This document shows positions 49,000-58,974 of a stretch of 64,000 bases of DNA, one piece after another; position 1 is the stretch's first letter; each line of letters begins with the position of its first letter. This DNA is from an uncultured Spirochaetota bacterium. GTDB taxonomy: Bacteria > Spirochaetota > Brevinematia > Brevinematales > JAOACQ01. The notes under the pieces were generated by a model. That model saw only the letters and a list, made by a program, of their open reading frames with translations. It did no database searches and had not been told where the DNA came from. The stretch covers positions 679,191 to 743,190 of the forward strand of contig CAWAOD010000009.1 in the NCBI GenBank assembly GCA_963783575.1, read 5' to 3'. A program made the position numbers and the translations under genes.

Positions 49000-50940
49000 A
49001 TGCCGCATGTCCAAATCGGTAGCGGTTCCCTGGATATGGAACCCGGCAAACAAATAAAAGATGTTCTGGTTTATTTAAAGGAAAATCGTGATAAGGCTAA
49101 AGAGTATGGAATTAATAGTACTCTTGACAGCGCCTTAATCGCTGATTATAACGGTAAAACTACCGATTTATCAGATAAAATCGATAAAGACGGGATTTTA
49201 TCTTTTATTAATTCCGGTTCAGAAAAAGGTCTGGATACGCTTAGGCACAGCGCTTCCCATATTATGGCACAGGCAGTTATGCATTTATTCCCGGGAACAA
49301 AACTTGGGATCGGCCCTTCGATAAAAGACGGATTTTATTATGATTTTGAAATCCCTTCTCAGATAAATGAAACTGAACTCAAAATGATTGAAGAAGAAAT
49401 GGAAAAAATAGTGGATGCAAATTATGAATTTTCAAGGGAAGAGATATCAAAAGAAGAAGGTATAAAACTATTTAAAAAAATGAACCAGCCTTTTAAAGTA
49501 GATTTATTAAATAGCCTGGAAGCCGATCACATAAGCGTTTATAGGCAGGGAGATTTTACTGATCTCTGCCGCGGCCCGCATATACCTTCGACAAAACACC
49601 TAAGGGCCTTTAAATTACTAAGCGTTTCGGGAGCTTACTGGAGAGGTAGCGAAAAAAATCCAATGCTTACCAGGATTTATGGAACAGCTTTTCCGGATAA
49701 AAAATCACTGAAAGCTCATCTGGATCTTCTTGAAGAGGCAAAAAAAAGAGATCACAGGAAATTAGGGAAAGAACTCGATCTATATTCGATTGATGACCAG
49801 ATCGGCGGAGGCCTTGTCTTATGGCATCCTAAAGGTTCCAGAATCCGGTATGAAATTGAGCAATTCTGGAGGGAAGAACATTATAAAAACGGTTATGAAC
49901 TGGTATTTACACCGCACATTGGAAGAAGCAACCTTTGGGAAACCAGCGGGCATCTTGGTTTTTATAATGAAAATATGTATTCTCCGATGGATATTGAAGG
50001 CCAGCCGTTTTATGTAAAGCCTATGAACTGTCCTTTTCATATAGCAATTTATAAAACAAAGGCCCATTCTTACAGGGAATTACCTTTCAGATGGGCTGAA
50101 TTGGGAACTGTTTACCGCTTTGAACGCAGCGGCGTTCTGCATGGCCTAATGAGGGTTCGCGGGTTCACACAGGATGATGCCCATATTTTCTGCAGACCCG
50201 ACCAGATGCCCGAAGAGATAGACCGGGTTCTTAATTTCTGCCTGAATATGATCCGTTCATTCGGTTTCAAGGATTTTAAACTTTATCTTGCTACAAAACC
50301 TGAAAAATCGGTTGGAAGCGATGATCGATGGATAGCTGCGACTGAGGCGCTAAGAGCCGCAATAAATAGAACAGGCCTTCCCAGCGAGATGGATGATGGA
50401 GGGGGAGCTTTTTACGGGCCGAAAATTGATTTGAAGATCAATGATGCCCTAGGAAGGGAATGGCAATGTTCTACAATCCAGTTTGACTTCAACGAACCCG
50501 AAAGATTCAATATGACATATACAGGAAGCGACGGCGCAGATCATCAGCCCTATATGATCCATAGGGCTTTACTGGGATCAATTGAAAGATTTTTTGGAGT
50601 TTTGATAGAGCATTACAGCGGTAAATTTCCTTTATGGCTTTCGCCGGTCCAGGTTTCTATTCTCCCCGTTTCCGATAAATTCAATGATTACGCGGAAAAA
50701 ATCACAGCCTCGTTAAAGAAAGAAAATATAAGGGTGGAAATAGATTCAAGCCCGGAAAAATTAGGATTTAAAATCAGAAAAGCTCAATTGGAAAAAATCC
50801 CCTATATGATTGTTATAGGTGAAAAAGAAATAGAATCAGGTCAGTTATCTGTCAGGCATCGTGATAAAGGAGACCTTGGAAGTCAAAATTTCGAAGAATT
50901 TATTAAACAGATTCTTGATGAAAATAAAAATAGAATGTAG
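49000..50940 (+). CDS. thrS: Threonine--tRNA ligase
   Basis: RHSASH, DLCRGPH, RDHRKLG, KPMNCP, RVRGFTQDDAH, GAFYGPKID. Confidence 0.98.
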   Translation: MPHVQIGSGSLDMEPGKQIKDVLVYLKENRDKAKEYGINSTLDSALIADYNGKTTDLSDKIDKDGILSFINSGSEKGLDTLRHSASHIMAQAVMHLFPGTKLGIGPSIKDGFYYDFEIPSQINETELKMIEEEMEKIVDANYEFSREEISKEEGIKLFKKMNQPFKVDLLNSLEADHISVYRQGDFTDLCRGPHIPSTKHLRAFKLLSVSGAYWRGSEKNPMLTRIYGTAFPDKKSLKAHLDLLEEAKKRDHRKLGKELDLYSIDDQIGGGLVLWHPKGSRIRYEIEQFWREEHYKNGYELVFTPHIGRSNLWETSGHLGFYNENMYSPMDIEGQPFYVKPMNCPFHIAIYKTKAHSYRELPFRWAELGTVYRFERSGVLHGLMRVRGFTQDDAHIFCRPDQMPEEIDRVLNFCLNMIRSFGFKDFKLYLATKPEKSVGSDDRWIAATEALRAAINRTGLPSEMDDGGGAFYGPKIDLKINDALGREWQCSTIQFDFNEPERFNMTYTGSDGADHQPYMIHRALLGSIERFFGVLIEHYSGKFPLWLSPVQVSILPVSDKFNDYAEKITASLKKENIRVEIDSSPEKLGFKIRKAQLEKIPYMIVIGEKEIESGQLSVRHRDKGDLGSQNFEEFIKQILDENKNRM

Positions 50941-51017
50941 AATTATGTCCTTGTTAATATTTTCAGTAAAATGTTTAACGGGAACATTCTTCCAGCGACT
51001 GAATTAAGGAGGCCAAT

Positions 51018-51542
51018 ATCGCTACAAAAGATGACAGTCTCAGGATTAATGAGAACATTCGGGCAAAAGAAGTCCGGGTGGTTAGTGAAGACGGAGGGCA
51101 GGTTGGTATTTTAACACTTGAGGAAGCGTTAAAGAAAGCGGAAGAAATGCAGGTTGATCTGGTTGAGATATCACCGGATGCGTCTCCTCCGGTCTGTAAA
51201 TTGATCGATTACGGTAAGTTTCTTTATCAAAAGGAAAAGAAGCTTAAAGAAGCGAAGAAAAAACAAAAAGTAGTTGAAATTAAAGAAATGAAGTTCCGCC
51301 CGAAGATCGATGATCATGATTTTGATTATAGAATAAAACAAATCAGGAAATTTTTGGATGAAGGCGATAAAGTCAAAATTACAATCCGGTTCAGGGGGAG
51401 GGAAATGGTTCATGCACAGCTGGGGTTTGTGCTTATGGACCGTGTTATTGATAATATAAAAGACCTGGGCATTCCAGAAAAGAAACCGAAATTAGAGGGA
51501 AAAAATATCGCGGTAATTATTTCATCACTGCATAAAAAATAA
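51018..51542 (+). CDS. infC: Translation initiation factor IF-3, probable ATC start
   Basis: AAGGAGG at 51006-51012 then in-frame ATC GCT...[29 protein letters not shown]. Confidence 0.9.
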   Translation: MATKDDSLRINENIRAKEVRVVSEDGGQVGILTLEEALKKAEEMQVDLVEISPDASPPVCKLIDYGKFLYQKEKKLKEAKKKQKVVEIKEMKFRPKIDDHDFDYRIKQIRKFLDEGDKVKITIRFRGREMVHAQLGFVLMDRVIDNIKDLGIPEKKPKLEGKNIAVIISSLHKK

Positions 51543-51565
51543 TGAAGATTGAATTGGAGGAATTC

Positions 51566-51763
51566 ATGCCAAAGATAAAAACAAATAAATCCGCAGCAAA
51601 AAGGTTTACTAAATCCGGAACAGGCAAGCTGATGAGAAACAAAGCGTTTAAAAGACATATTCTTACCCATAAGAGCAGAAAAACAAAACGGAATCTGGGG
51701 AAAAAAGCTGTTGTTTTTTCCGGCGACAAATCAAGAATTGAAAAGCTTATACCTTATATTTAA
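51566..51763 (+). CDS. rpmI: 50S ribosomal protein L35
   Basis: [14 protein letters not shown]...[16 protein letters not shown]. Confidence 0.96.
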   Translation: MPKIKTNKSAAKRFTKSGTGKLMRNKAFKRHILTHKSRKTKRNLGKKAVVFSGDKSRIEKLIPYI

Positions 51764-51869
51764 AAACTATGGTAACCATATAATTAAAATTTTTCTAATA
51801 TAAAGGAAGCCAATGTTTAAGTAAAACAGTAAATAAGCGGGTATAAAGCTATTATTTTGGAGGTTGTTC

Positions 51870-52226
51870 ATGAGAACAAGATATACAGTTGCAAGCAGAA
51901 AAAGAAGAAAGAAAGTCTTACAAAGAGCAAAGGGATTTCATGGAGCTAGAAAACTCAGGATAAAGACTGCAAGAGAAGCGGTTATGCACGCAATGCGTTA
52001 TGAATACCGCGATAGAAGAAATAGAAAGAGGGATTTCAGAAGTTTATGGATCATCAGAATAAATGCGGCGGTTAGATCCTATGGAATGACTTATAGCAAA
52101 TTCATAGAAGGATTATCAAAAGCAAAGATTAACATAAATCGAAAGATTTTATCCAATCTATCCATTCAAGACCCGGATGTTATAAAAAAGTATGTTGATA
52201 TTGCAAAAGAAAATGCAGGTAAATGA
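51870..52226 (+). CDS. rplT: 50S ribosomal protein L20
   Basis: AKGF, YRDRRNRKRDFRSLWIIRINAA, INRKILS. Confidence 0.97.
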   Translation: MRTRYTVASRKRRKKVLQRAKGFHGARKLRIKTAREAVMHAMRYEYRDRRNRKRDFRSLWIIRINAAVRSYGMTYSKFIEGLSKAKININRKILSNLSIQDPDVIKKYVDIAKENAGK

Positions 52227-53059
52227 AAAGCAATTTTCTATTAGTTTTACCATTGCTAATTTTTTTTTTATTTTCGAAAGTCGAAGCTGAGAATCCATCC
52301 TTACGTTTGATAGATTCTTATTTTTTAAAACCTAATTCAGTATTGTTAAGTCTGGATTATGAGGATATAGCTTTAAACGGCGGATTATTAAACTTGTATG
52401 AGCTTTGTGTTGATTACGACGTTAATGAAAATGTCCTAATTAATCTTTATTTTCCATATTACACAATTATTGATGCAAATGACGGAGGATGTTTCGGTGA
52501 TGTTGCCGCTTCTATAAAACTTTCGCTGGCCCAATCCGAACAATTGTCATGGAGAATTCTAACGGAATTTTATTTCCGCTTTCCAACAGGAGTAATACAA
52601 GAAGATTCTTACAGGGAAGTCAACGGCAATATCCTGAGTTATTACCCTTTTTCCACAGAGGCACCAGAGTTTGCACCATCAGTTATTGCAAGTATTTTAA
52701 TCTACGAGTTTGTTGTTAATGCCGTAGTAACGTACCAATCTGAAAATGACCCGGGGGATGGGTTATTTGATTTTTCACTCTCACATGACAGGTTAGATTT
52801 TCAAGTATCAGCTGACTATCTTTTAAAATATTCTATCCTTAATAACCTGCATCTCTTTATCCGTCCGGTTATTTATCTTGAATATAAATATAATCTGTCC
52901 GATTCGCCGATAATACCAACAGGATTTTATCTTTCGATGGAAAATAATATAAAAATTGAAAACCTCTGGCGGTTAAAACTAATTTATTCATTACCTTTAA
53001 GCGTTGAAAATGCTATAGATAAGTATTTATTTTCGGTACAATTAGGAATTTATTTTTAA
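52223..53059 (+). CDS. Exported protein, putative small outer-membrane beta-barrel
   Basis: Signal peptide; GCFGD...K, FRFPTG; terminal aromatic strand SVQLGIYF. Confidence 0.55.
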   Translation: MKSNFLLVLPLLIFFLFSKVEAENPSLRLIDSYFLKPNSVLLSLDYEDIALNGGLLNLYELCVDYDVNENVLINLYFPYYTIIDANDGGCFGDVAASIKLSLAQSEQLSWRILTEFYFRFPTGVIQEDSYREVNGNILSYYPFSTEAPEFAPSVIASILIYEFVVNAVVTYQSENDPGDGLFDFSLSHDRLDFQVSADYLLKYSILNNLHLFIRPVIYLEYKYNLSDSPIIPTGFYLSMENNIKIENLWRLKLIYSLPLSVENAIDKYLFSVQLGIYF

Positions 53060-53174
53060 TAATATATAATATATTTTATAATAAATTTATTAATTATTAA
53101 TATTTAATTTTATTATTATAAAAGTTTACTGATTAATATACCCTTTTCTAGCTAAGTATTTACTGGAGAGGAGA

Positions 53175-53750
53175 ATGTCGTTTAAAGAAATGACAGAATC
53201 CGAAATAATAAAAAAGATCATAGAATTAATGAAAAAAAATGGTCTATATTCGGATGTAGTCAAGCAGTATTTTCAGGAAATTTATCTGCGTTATTATTTT
53301 CAATGCTATAATATCTCAAGGTATTACGGATTGAATAAACAGGATTCCGAAGACGCAGTCCAGGAGTCTTTTATTAAGCTTTTAAAAAGTATCAAGGGAT
53401 TTGACAATAGCCGGCCTTTTAAACCCTGGTTTTTTAAAGTTGTACTAAACTCTGTCAAAGATAAGTATAATGATAATAAAAAGCATAGTTATACAAATAT
53501 AGATTATATTGAAGATTTTGCAAGTAATGAGCAAGAAAATATTTTTGAAGAATTTCATATGCGGGATGTTTTTCATAGTATTATTATTAAGCTACCAGAG
53601 AAATTAAAATCGGTCGTAGTTTTAAGAAATTATACAGATATGAATCTGGAAGCTATTTCATCGGTTGTAGGCTTGAGTGTTCGTCAATTACATAACCGGC
53701 TTTCAAAAGCATATTCGATGATTAAAAATGATTTAGAGGATAAGCGTTAA
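53175..53750 (+). CDS. ECF RNA polymerase sigma factor
   Basis: DSEDAVQESFIK, FKPWFFKV..N, LPEKLKSVVVLR, region 4 HTH. Confidence 0.9.
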   Translation: MSFKEMTESEIIKKIIELMKKNGLYSDVVKQYFQEIYLRYYFQCYNISRYYGLNKQDSEDAVQESFIKLLKSIKGFDNSRPFKPWFFKVVLNSVKDKYNDNKKHSYTNIDYIEDFASNEQENIFEEFHMRDVFHSIIIKLPEKLKSVVVLRNYTDMNLEAISSVVGLSVRQLHNRLSKAYSMIKNDLEDKR

Positions 53751-56224
53751 TGGATATTAAGATTATAACAGAGCTGGAGAACAGCTTAAAAAAATACCCA
53801 TTTAATGATAGCATTCCTGATTTCGATAGTTTTTGGGGAAATTTATATCATAAAATAACCCTGAAGGAGGATTATATGGAGGAAAAAAAGGGTGGTTTAA
53901 AAATCTTTGGTTGGATTGTCAGTTTTATGGTTATTCTTGCTATAGGTTGGTTCGGTCTGACAAAATTTTCACAAATCAAAATGGCAGAAAAAATAGAAAA
54001 GGGTGAAGCCATTGTTGTTACATTGGTTGTCGGTGATGTTGAAGTAAAAAAGATGGGTTCCGGAAACTGGCGCAAGGTTTTAATTGAAGATAACCTTCAA
54101 ATGGGTGATTCAATCAAAACCGGCGCAGATTCTTACTGTGAACTTCAAATGGTGAAGCGCGGAATTTTTAGGGTAGAAAGCGCCACAGAGCTTTTTCTTA
54201 CTAAACTGGTAAATGAAGATGAAAAAGTCAATTCAAGGATGAAGCTGGAAAAAGGCTCTATTGCACTTAAGCCAAATAAATTGAAAGAGGGTGAAAACTT
54301 TGAGGTTGAAACATCAACGGCAGTTGCTGCTGTGAGAGGAACAAAGTTTGTTGTGAATGTAGATGATAGCGGGAATACTAAAATAGCAGTTAATGAGGGA
54401 ATGGTTGCTGTAAAACCTGTTATAAATTCCATCTCTGATGCTGAAAATAAAGGCCTTGTAGATAAAAAAGGCGCTGACTATATCAGTAAGGAATTTGTAA
54501 AATCCATTGAGGTAAAACCCGGTGAAGAAGCAACGCTCGAGCAGAAGAATGTTGAATCAATGAATAAAGCTATTGGCAATGCAATAGAAAAAGTTGCAAT
54601 TGCAGAAGGCGGAAAACTTACCGGCGATAAACTGTCTAAACCGGAGGAAAATACTTCTGAGGAAAACAAAAGCACTGAAAATAAAGAAGCCCCTCAGCCA
54701 TCCGCGTTATCCTCATATTTATTATCAAAAGTGAAGGAAGAAATTCCGGTAATTGCAGGTATTACAATTCAATCTAATACTTCTATAACAGCGTCAATTG
54801 TACAAAAGCAGGAAATTTCCGAAGATGCAAAGAAATCAATGGATAATATAACCGAGGAGAATATAATTAAAAATGTCATAGATATGGTAAAGATTAAGTT
54901 TGATACAAAACCAGCCGGTGCAGATATCGCTGTTGACGGAGTTAAAATTGGAGTCACCCCGCTGGAAAAAATTCTCGAAAAAGGCAAAAAGATTAATATT
55001 GTATATTCAAAAGATGGGTATGAAACATTTTCAAAGGATATTGATGTCGCTTCCGGCTTGAATTTAAATATTGAATTGAAAGAGGTTATCGTTGCTGTTG
55101 AAACAAATACAAATACCGTTGCTCTGCTTGAGACAAATACCAATACTCCTGTAGTTTCTAATCTTCCAAAACCACCGGAAATAAAAAAACCGGCTCCGGT
55201 TGTTAAAATACCTGAAGTTAAAATACCTGAAGTTAAAAAGCTTCCCGGCAATCTGGAATGGGAAAAGCCGGTTATGCTTAACATTGTTTCGATAGAAAAC
55301 GAACCTGTATTATACAAAGGCAGAATCTTTTCAACCACTCAAAATAAACTATTAATTCTCTCACTTGAAGGCAAAATAATTAAATCAGTTGATGTTATTG
55401 AAGACGGGTTTAAGTTAACAAAGCCTTCGGTCAGTGACGGGAATGTTTATGTTGGTTCTGATAACGGAGGTATTTACGCTTATTCGACTTCAGGGGAATT
55501 ACTATGGAAGAATGAAGCGGGAAGCCAGAAGTATGGAGCCGCGCCTATTGCCGCGTATGGTATTGTTGCTATTCCATCAATAGATAAGGGAATTCAAATT
55601 TATTCGAAAGAAGGTGAACTGAAAGGCAATATAGATGTCTCTGTTCCAATATACTCTGCCCCGATGATAATAAACTATGGTAATACGGTTGTTTATGCAA
55701 CTGAAAGCGGTGATGTTGTCAGTTATGATCTGATTAATAAAACAAAAAAGTGGTCAAAGAATTTTAATGACAGGTTCCTATATCCGTTGGTAGGTGATGA
55801 TTCCATCATAATTACATTATCGAGAACGAGTGGTAAAGTTACTGGTATTGATGCTGCCAATGGATCCGTTAAATGGAGCGGACAGTTCACTGAAATTCAG
55901 AAGACAAGAATCAATCCTCAATTTGTATCCGGAAAGGTTATTATTGCTAATAATACTGAGACTTCAACAGTTATAGTTTTAGAAGCTGAGACAGGGACTT
56001 TAATTGCCAAATCAATCCTGAATGAAGTCATCAGTTCACCATTTTTAATCGGCAACTCAATTTATATGGGGACAGCATCCGGAAAAGTATATTCCTATAA
56101 TTTATCACTGAAAAATAATGAATGGACATATAAATCCAGCGGGAATAATATAATGATGGTTGTTGGTGATAATGACGGGATATACGCGGTTTCTCCAAAT
56201 TCGATGATGAGACTTATTAAATAA
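53750..56224 (+). CDS. Putative anti-sigma/sensor: TM + FecR + PEGA + PQQ-type beta-propeller
   Basis: GDSIKTGADS, TSTAVAAVRGTKF (FecR); TKPAGADIAVDG..IGVTP (PEGA); VYVGSDNG..YA...G.LLW repeats; overlaps the sigma stop. Confidence 0.8.
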   Translation: MDIKIITELENSLKKYPFNDSIPDFDSFWGNLYHKITLKEDYMEEKKGGLKIFGWIVSFMVILAIGWFGLTKFSQIKMAEKIEKGEAIVVTLVVGDVEVKKMGSGNWRKVLIEDNLQMGDSIKTGADSYCELQMVKRGIFRVESATELFLTKLVNEDEKVNSRMKLEKGSIALKPNKLKEGENFEVETSTAVAAVRGTKFVVNVDDSGNTKIAVNEGMVAVKPVINSISDAENKGLVDKKGADYISKEFVKSIEVKPGEEATLEQKNVESMNKAIGNAIEKVAIAEGGKLTGDKLSKPEENTSEENKSTENKEAPQPSALSSYLLSKVKEEIPVIAGITIQSNTSITASIVQKQEISEDAKKSMDNITEENIIKNVIDMVKIKFDTKPAGADIAVDGVKIGVTPLEKILEKGKKINIVYSKDGYETFSKDIDVASGLNLNIELKEVIVAVETNTNTVALLETNTNTPVVSNLPKPPEIKKPAPVVKIPEVKIPEVKKLPGNLEWEKPVMLNIVSIENEPVLYKGRIFSTTQNKLLILSLEGKIIKSVDVIEDGFKLTKPSVSDGNVYVGSDNGGIYAYSTSGELLWKNEAGSQKYGAAPIAAYGIVAIPSIDKGIQIYSKEGELKGNIDVSVPIYSAPMIINYGNTVVYATESGDVVSYDLINKTKKWSKNFNDRFLYPLVGDDSIIITLSRTSGKVTGIDAANGSVKWSGQFTEIQKTRINPQFVSGKVIIANNTETSTVIVLEAETGTLIAKSILNEVISSPFLIGNSIYMGTASGKVYSYNLSLKNNEWTYKSSGNNIMMVVGDNDGIYAVSPNSMMRLIK
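55202..55237 (+). repeat. In-frame 15-bp tandem repeat (VKIPE x2) in Pro-rich linker
   Basis: GTTAAAATACCTGAA repeated twice plus partial. Confidence 0.8.
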
Positions 56225-56263
56225 ATTTATCTTATTAAATAAAACTTATTAATTCAGATAAAC

Positions 56264-56293
56264 AAGGGCTGTTCCATAAGGAACAGCCCTTTT
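56264..56293 (+). terminator. Intrinsic terminator
   Basis: AAGGGCTGTTCC-ATAA-GGAACAGCCCTT-TT; a second 11-bp stem follows at 56297-56328. Confidence 0.8.
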
Positions 56294-56458
56294 GCGTTCC
56301 AGGCAAATTGTGGCTTCTTTGCCTGGAAATGTTTATGAACAAGTGTGCTTTTTTCATATTATCATATTACACTGAATTTATAATAATATATTTAATAAAA
56401 AGAGTAAAATATAAACAGCCTTTGTTCAAAAATCTTAATAATGCTATTTTTAATAAAG

Positions 56459-57595
56459 CTATTTATACATATCGTCAAATTTCTTTTGTGCATTAACAAC
56501 GGCATGCCTGATCATATCCTCAGCTTTTGCCGTTTCTCTGTTTTCAAGGTGCTTAAGTAATTCTTTAACGCTCAACTCCTTTGCTGCGCTTTCACAAGCT
56601 TCCCAGCTTAATATGCTTCTTATTACGCGGTCAATTCCCTGGGCTTCATTGTCATACGCTCTGGGTACCATGTCATGTCCTTTCCATCTATTGTAATTAT
56701 TCTCCTGGATCAAACCTGCTATCGCAATATTCATACCGTTGATTCTTGTTCCATGATCAATATCGTATTTCCCGGGTCCGCCAAGAATGATCCCATCATT
56801 ATACCCCTGGCTATTCAAATGCATATGAACCAGCATGCTATTATCAATTTCTTCTACTGTGTCATATACCAGGTCAAGGCCTATCATTTCGGAATGTCCG
56901 AACTCTTTATTAACACCTTTTTTAGCTCTTTTAACCCCAAATTCTTCTTCAAGCTTGTTCCAGAAAACAATTGCGCTTGCTACTGTCGGTATAAGCATTG
57001 CCGGATGGCCTTCGTTCGGTTTAGGTTCAATTGCAAAATAAAGCTTGCCTCCTTTTTTCTCCTCAAACTTACATAATGATGCAATACTCTCTTTTAAGTA
57101 TCCATACATATTTTTTATTCCAACCGAAGCGACATCATATCCGAAAGAACCATTCCATAATACTATTGTAGGATACTTATCTTCATCATTATGCCATGCT
57201 TTTTTTAAAGGGCCATAAGCTAACTCTACAGCTTTAATACCGAATTCATTTGCCCTCTTTCTTTCATCCGAATCCATTGAACTTATTCCGCCGTAACCGA
57301 AATGCCCATGTGCTCCCGGAGTTGCCATTGCAAGATAAATCTTTGATTGAACAAGGGCATCGGCAATATCGGCTGCATTCTTTTCATTATACTCATTATC
57401 GTAATGAGCTTCCAGACCAAGAACAACATTTGCAGGCAGCCGGGGAGCAATTTTTTCTTTAATAAGTTTAATTACACCGACAGTATCAAATTTGTCTTTT
57501 CCCCAGGCCGGTCTCATATCCCCCGGTGTAAACCCCCCTTTTCCGGGGTTAAATGTCCAGACACAAATGCTGTGAAGTGATTTTTTTTCTATCAT
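56459..57595 (-). CDS. Xylose isomerase-like TIM-barrel sugar isomerase (divergent)
   Basis: FAIEPKPNEG, GVNKEFGH, VLWNG, KYDID; downstream of a ROK regulator. Confidence 0.8.
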   Translation of the reverse strand: MIEKKSLHSICVWTFNPGKGGFTPGDMRPAWGKDKFDTVGVIKLIKEKIAPRLPANVVLGLEAHYDNEYNEKNAADIADALVQSKIYLAMATPGAHGHFGYGGISSMDSDERKRANEFGIKAVELAYGPLKKAWHNDEDKYPTIVLWNGSFGYDVASVGIKNMYGYLKESIASLCKFEEKKGGKLYFAIEPKPNEGHPAMLIPTVASAIVFWNKLEEEFGVKRAKKGVNKEFGHSEMIGLDLVYDTVEEIDNSMLVHMHLNSQGYNDGIILGGPGKYDIDHGTRINGMNIAIAGLIQENNYNRWKGHDMVPRAYDNEAQGIDRVIRSILSWEACESAAKELSVKELLKHLENRETAKAEDMIRHAVVNAQKKFDDMYK

Positions 57596-57616
57596 TGTTT
57601 TCCTCCTTATAATATT

Positions 57617-58822
57617 TTATTCTTTCCCAAACAATATCTTAAGCGGTATTATGGCAGCACCCAATGTTGAAGATTTCTCTCCTGTTTCCGATGAAATAAT
57701 TTCAACACTCGAATTCAAATATTTTAATGATTTTCTTGCAACCGTAATTTTAATTTGATCAATGACTAGATCGGCATATTTGATAAACTCCTTACCAATA
57801 ACTATCTTTGCCGGATTTAAAGTATTTATTATCTGTGCAATTATGGTTCCAAGATATTTTGCCGAATCAAGTAAAACTCTGGCTGATAGATTGTCCCCTT
57901 CCCTTGCGGCTGCAATGATATGATTGATATTTAAATCATCGATATTCATAATTTTACCAGAAACCGATTTTGTTTTATTTTTAAACTGAGTTTTATAATT
58001 TTCAACAATATGACGCACCGAAACAAAAGTTTCAAAACAACCGGTATTTCCACACCTGCATTTTGGGCCTGATTCATCCGCGACTGTATGCCCGATCTCA
58101 CCTGCAAAACCGTTGTTCCCGTTATAAATTTTCCCATTTGCAAAAATCCCGGCACCAAGCCCTGATTTGATGTTCAAACATACAAAATTCTCATCCTTCT
58201 GACATAGTCCCAGCCAATGCTCGCATATTGCCGATGCATTAGCTTCATTTTCAAAGTAAACCGGCACAGGCAAAAAATAATTATAATATGGATTCAAATC
58301 AATATTTTCCCATCCCATATTCGGTGCAAAAATTAGTTTTTGGGCTTTATTATCAATTATACCCGGGATTGAAAAGCCTATCCCTAAAAGCCTATCAGAC
58401 CTTATTGACAGATTTTTTAGAGATGATTCTGCCGTTTTTTCAGCTTTAATGATGTATTCTTCAAATGTTATATTATTTGGGAGACTTTGCTCCTTTTCAT
58501 ATTTAACTTTACCTGTAATATCCATAATGATTAAATGAAAATAATTTAGATCAACAGCCATACCTATAGAAAAATATGAACCTTCTTTTAATTCCAAAAG
58601 AATAGGTTTTCTTCCGCCCTTGGAATAACCTATGCCTTTTTCATAAATATAGCCAAGCTCGATCAGTTTAGCGGTAATTTTACCTATAGCAGTAGGTGTA
58701 AGACCGGTTAATAGAGACAGCTGGGCTTTTGATATTGATTTATTAGTCCTAATCAGGTTCAATATTACAGCCTGGTTAAAATTTTTTAAGTATAAATTGT
58801 TCTTTCCGCTTTTTACTGCCAT
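57617..58822 (-). CDS. ROK-family transcriptional repressor (XylR-like)
   Basis: N-terminal HTH, GGRKP, FENEANA, AGEIGH, CRCGNTGCFE. Confidence 0.92.
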   Translation of the reverse strand: MAVKSGKNNLYLKNFNQAVILNLIRTNKSISKAQLSLLTGLTPTAIGKITAKLIELGYIYEKGIGYSKGGRKPILLELKEGSYFSIGMAVDLNYFHLIIMDITGKVKYEKEQSLPNNITFEEYIIKAEKTAESSLKNLSIRSDRLLGIGFSIPGIIDNKAQKLIFAPNMGWENIDLNPYYNYFLPVPVYFENEANASAICEHWLGLCQKDENFVCLNIKSGLGAGIFANGKIYNGNNGFAGEIGHTVADESGPKCRCGNTGCFETFVSVRHIVENYKTQFKNKTKSVSGKIMNIDDLNINHIIAAAREGDNLSARVLLDSAKYLGTIIAQIINTLNPAKIVIGKEFIKYADLVIDQIKITVARKSLKYLNSSVEIISSETGEKSSTLGAAIIPLKILFGKE

Positions 58823-58913
58823 TCTTTAATTCCTGATTTATGGGAAGCCACACCCTTTATAATTTTTATTTATATGCCTGTGGCCCGGTCTCTTACTTCG
58901 ATTCTTCTTTTAT

Positions 58914-58974
58914 TCTTTGTAATAAAGCATTATAAAGATAGTTATATTATACCGATTAAAGATTTGTAAGTCAA
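58914..58974 (-). promoter_or_regulatory. Promoter (TTGACT-17-TATAAT, 58946-58974) and downstream palindrome (58914-58938) of the ROK-isomerase operon
   Basis: TCTTTGTAAT-AAAGC-ATTATAAAGA, 9/10 inverted repeat just past the -10. Confidence 0.65.

Noticed and set aside
51764..51869. L20 leader RNA between rpmI and rplT
   Set aside because: Only weak pairing visible; cannot be supported without a covariance search
35844..56224. Frequent Thr-Asn dipeptides in exported proteins as a modification tag
   Set aside because: Exported proteins here are Thr/Asn-rich anyway; enrichment over composition cannot be shown without proteome-wide statistics
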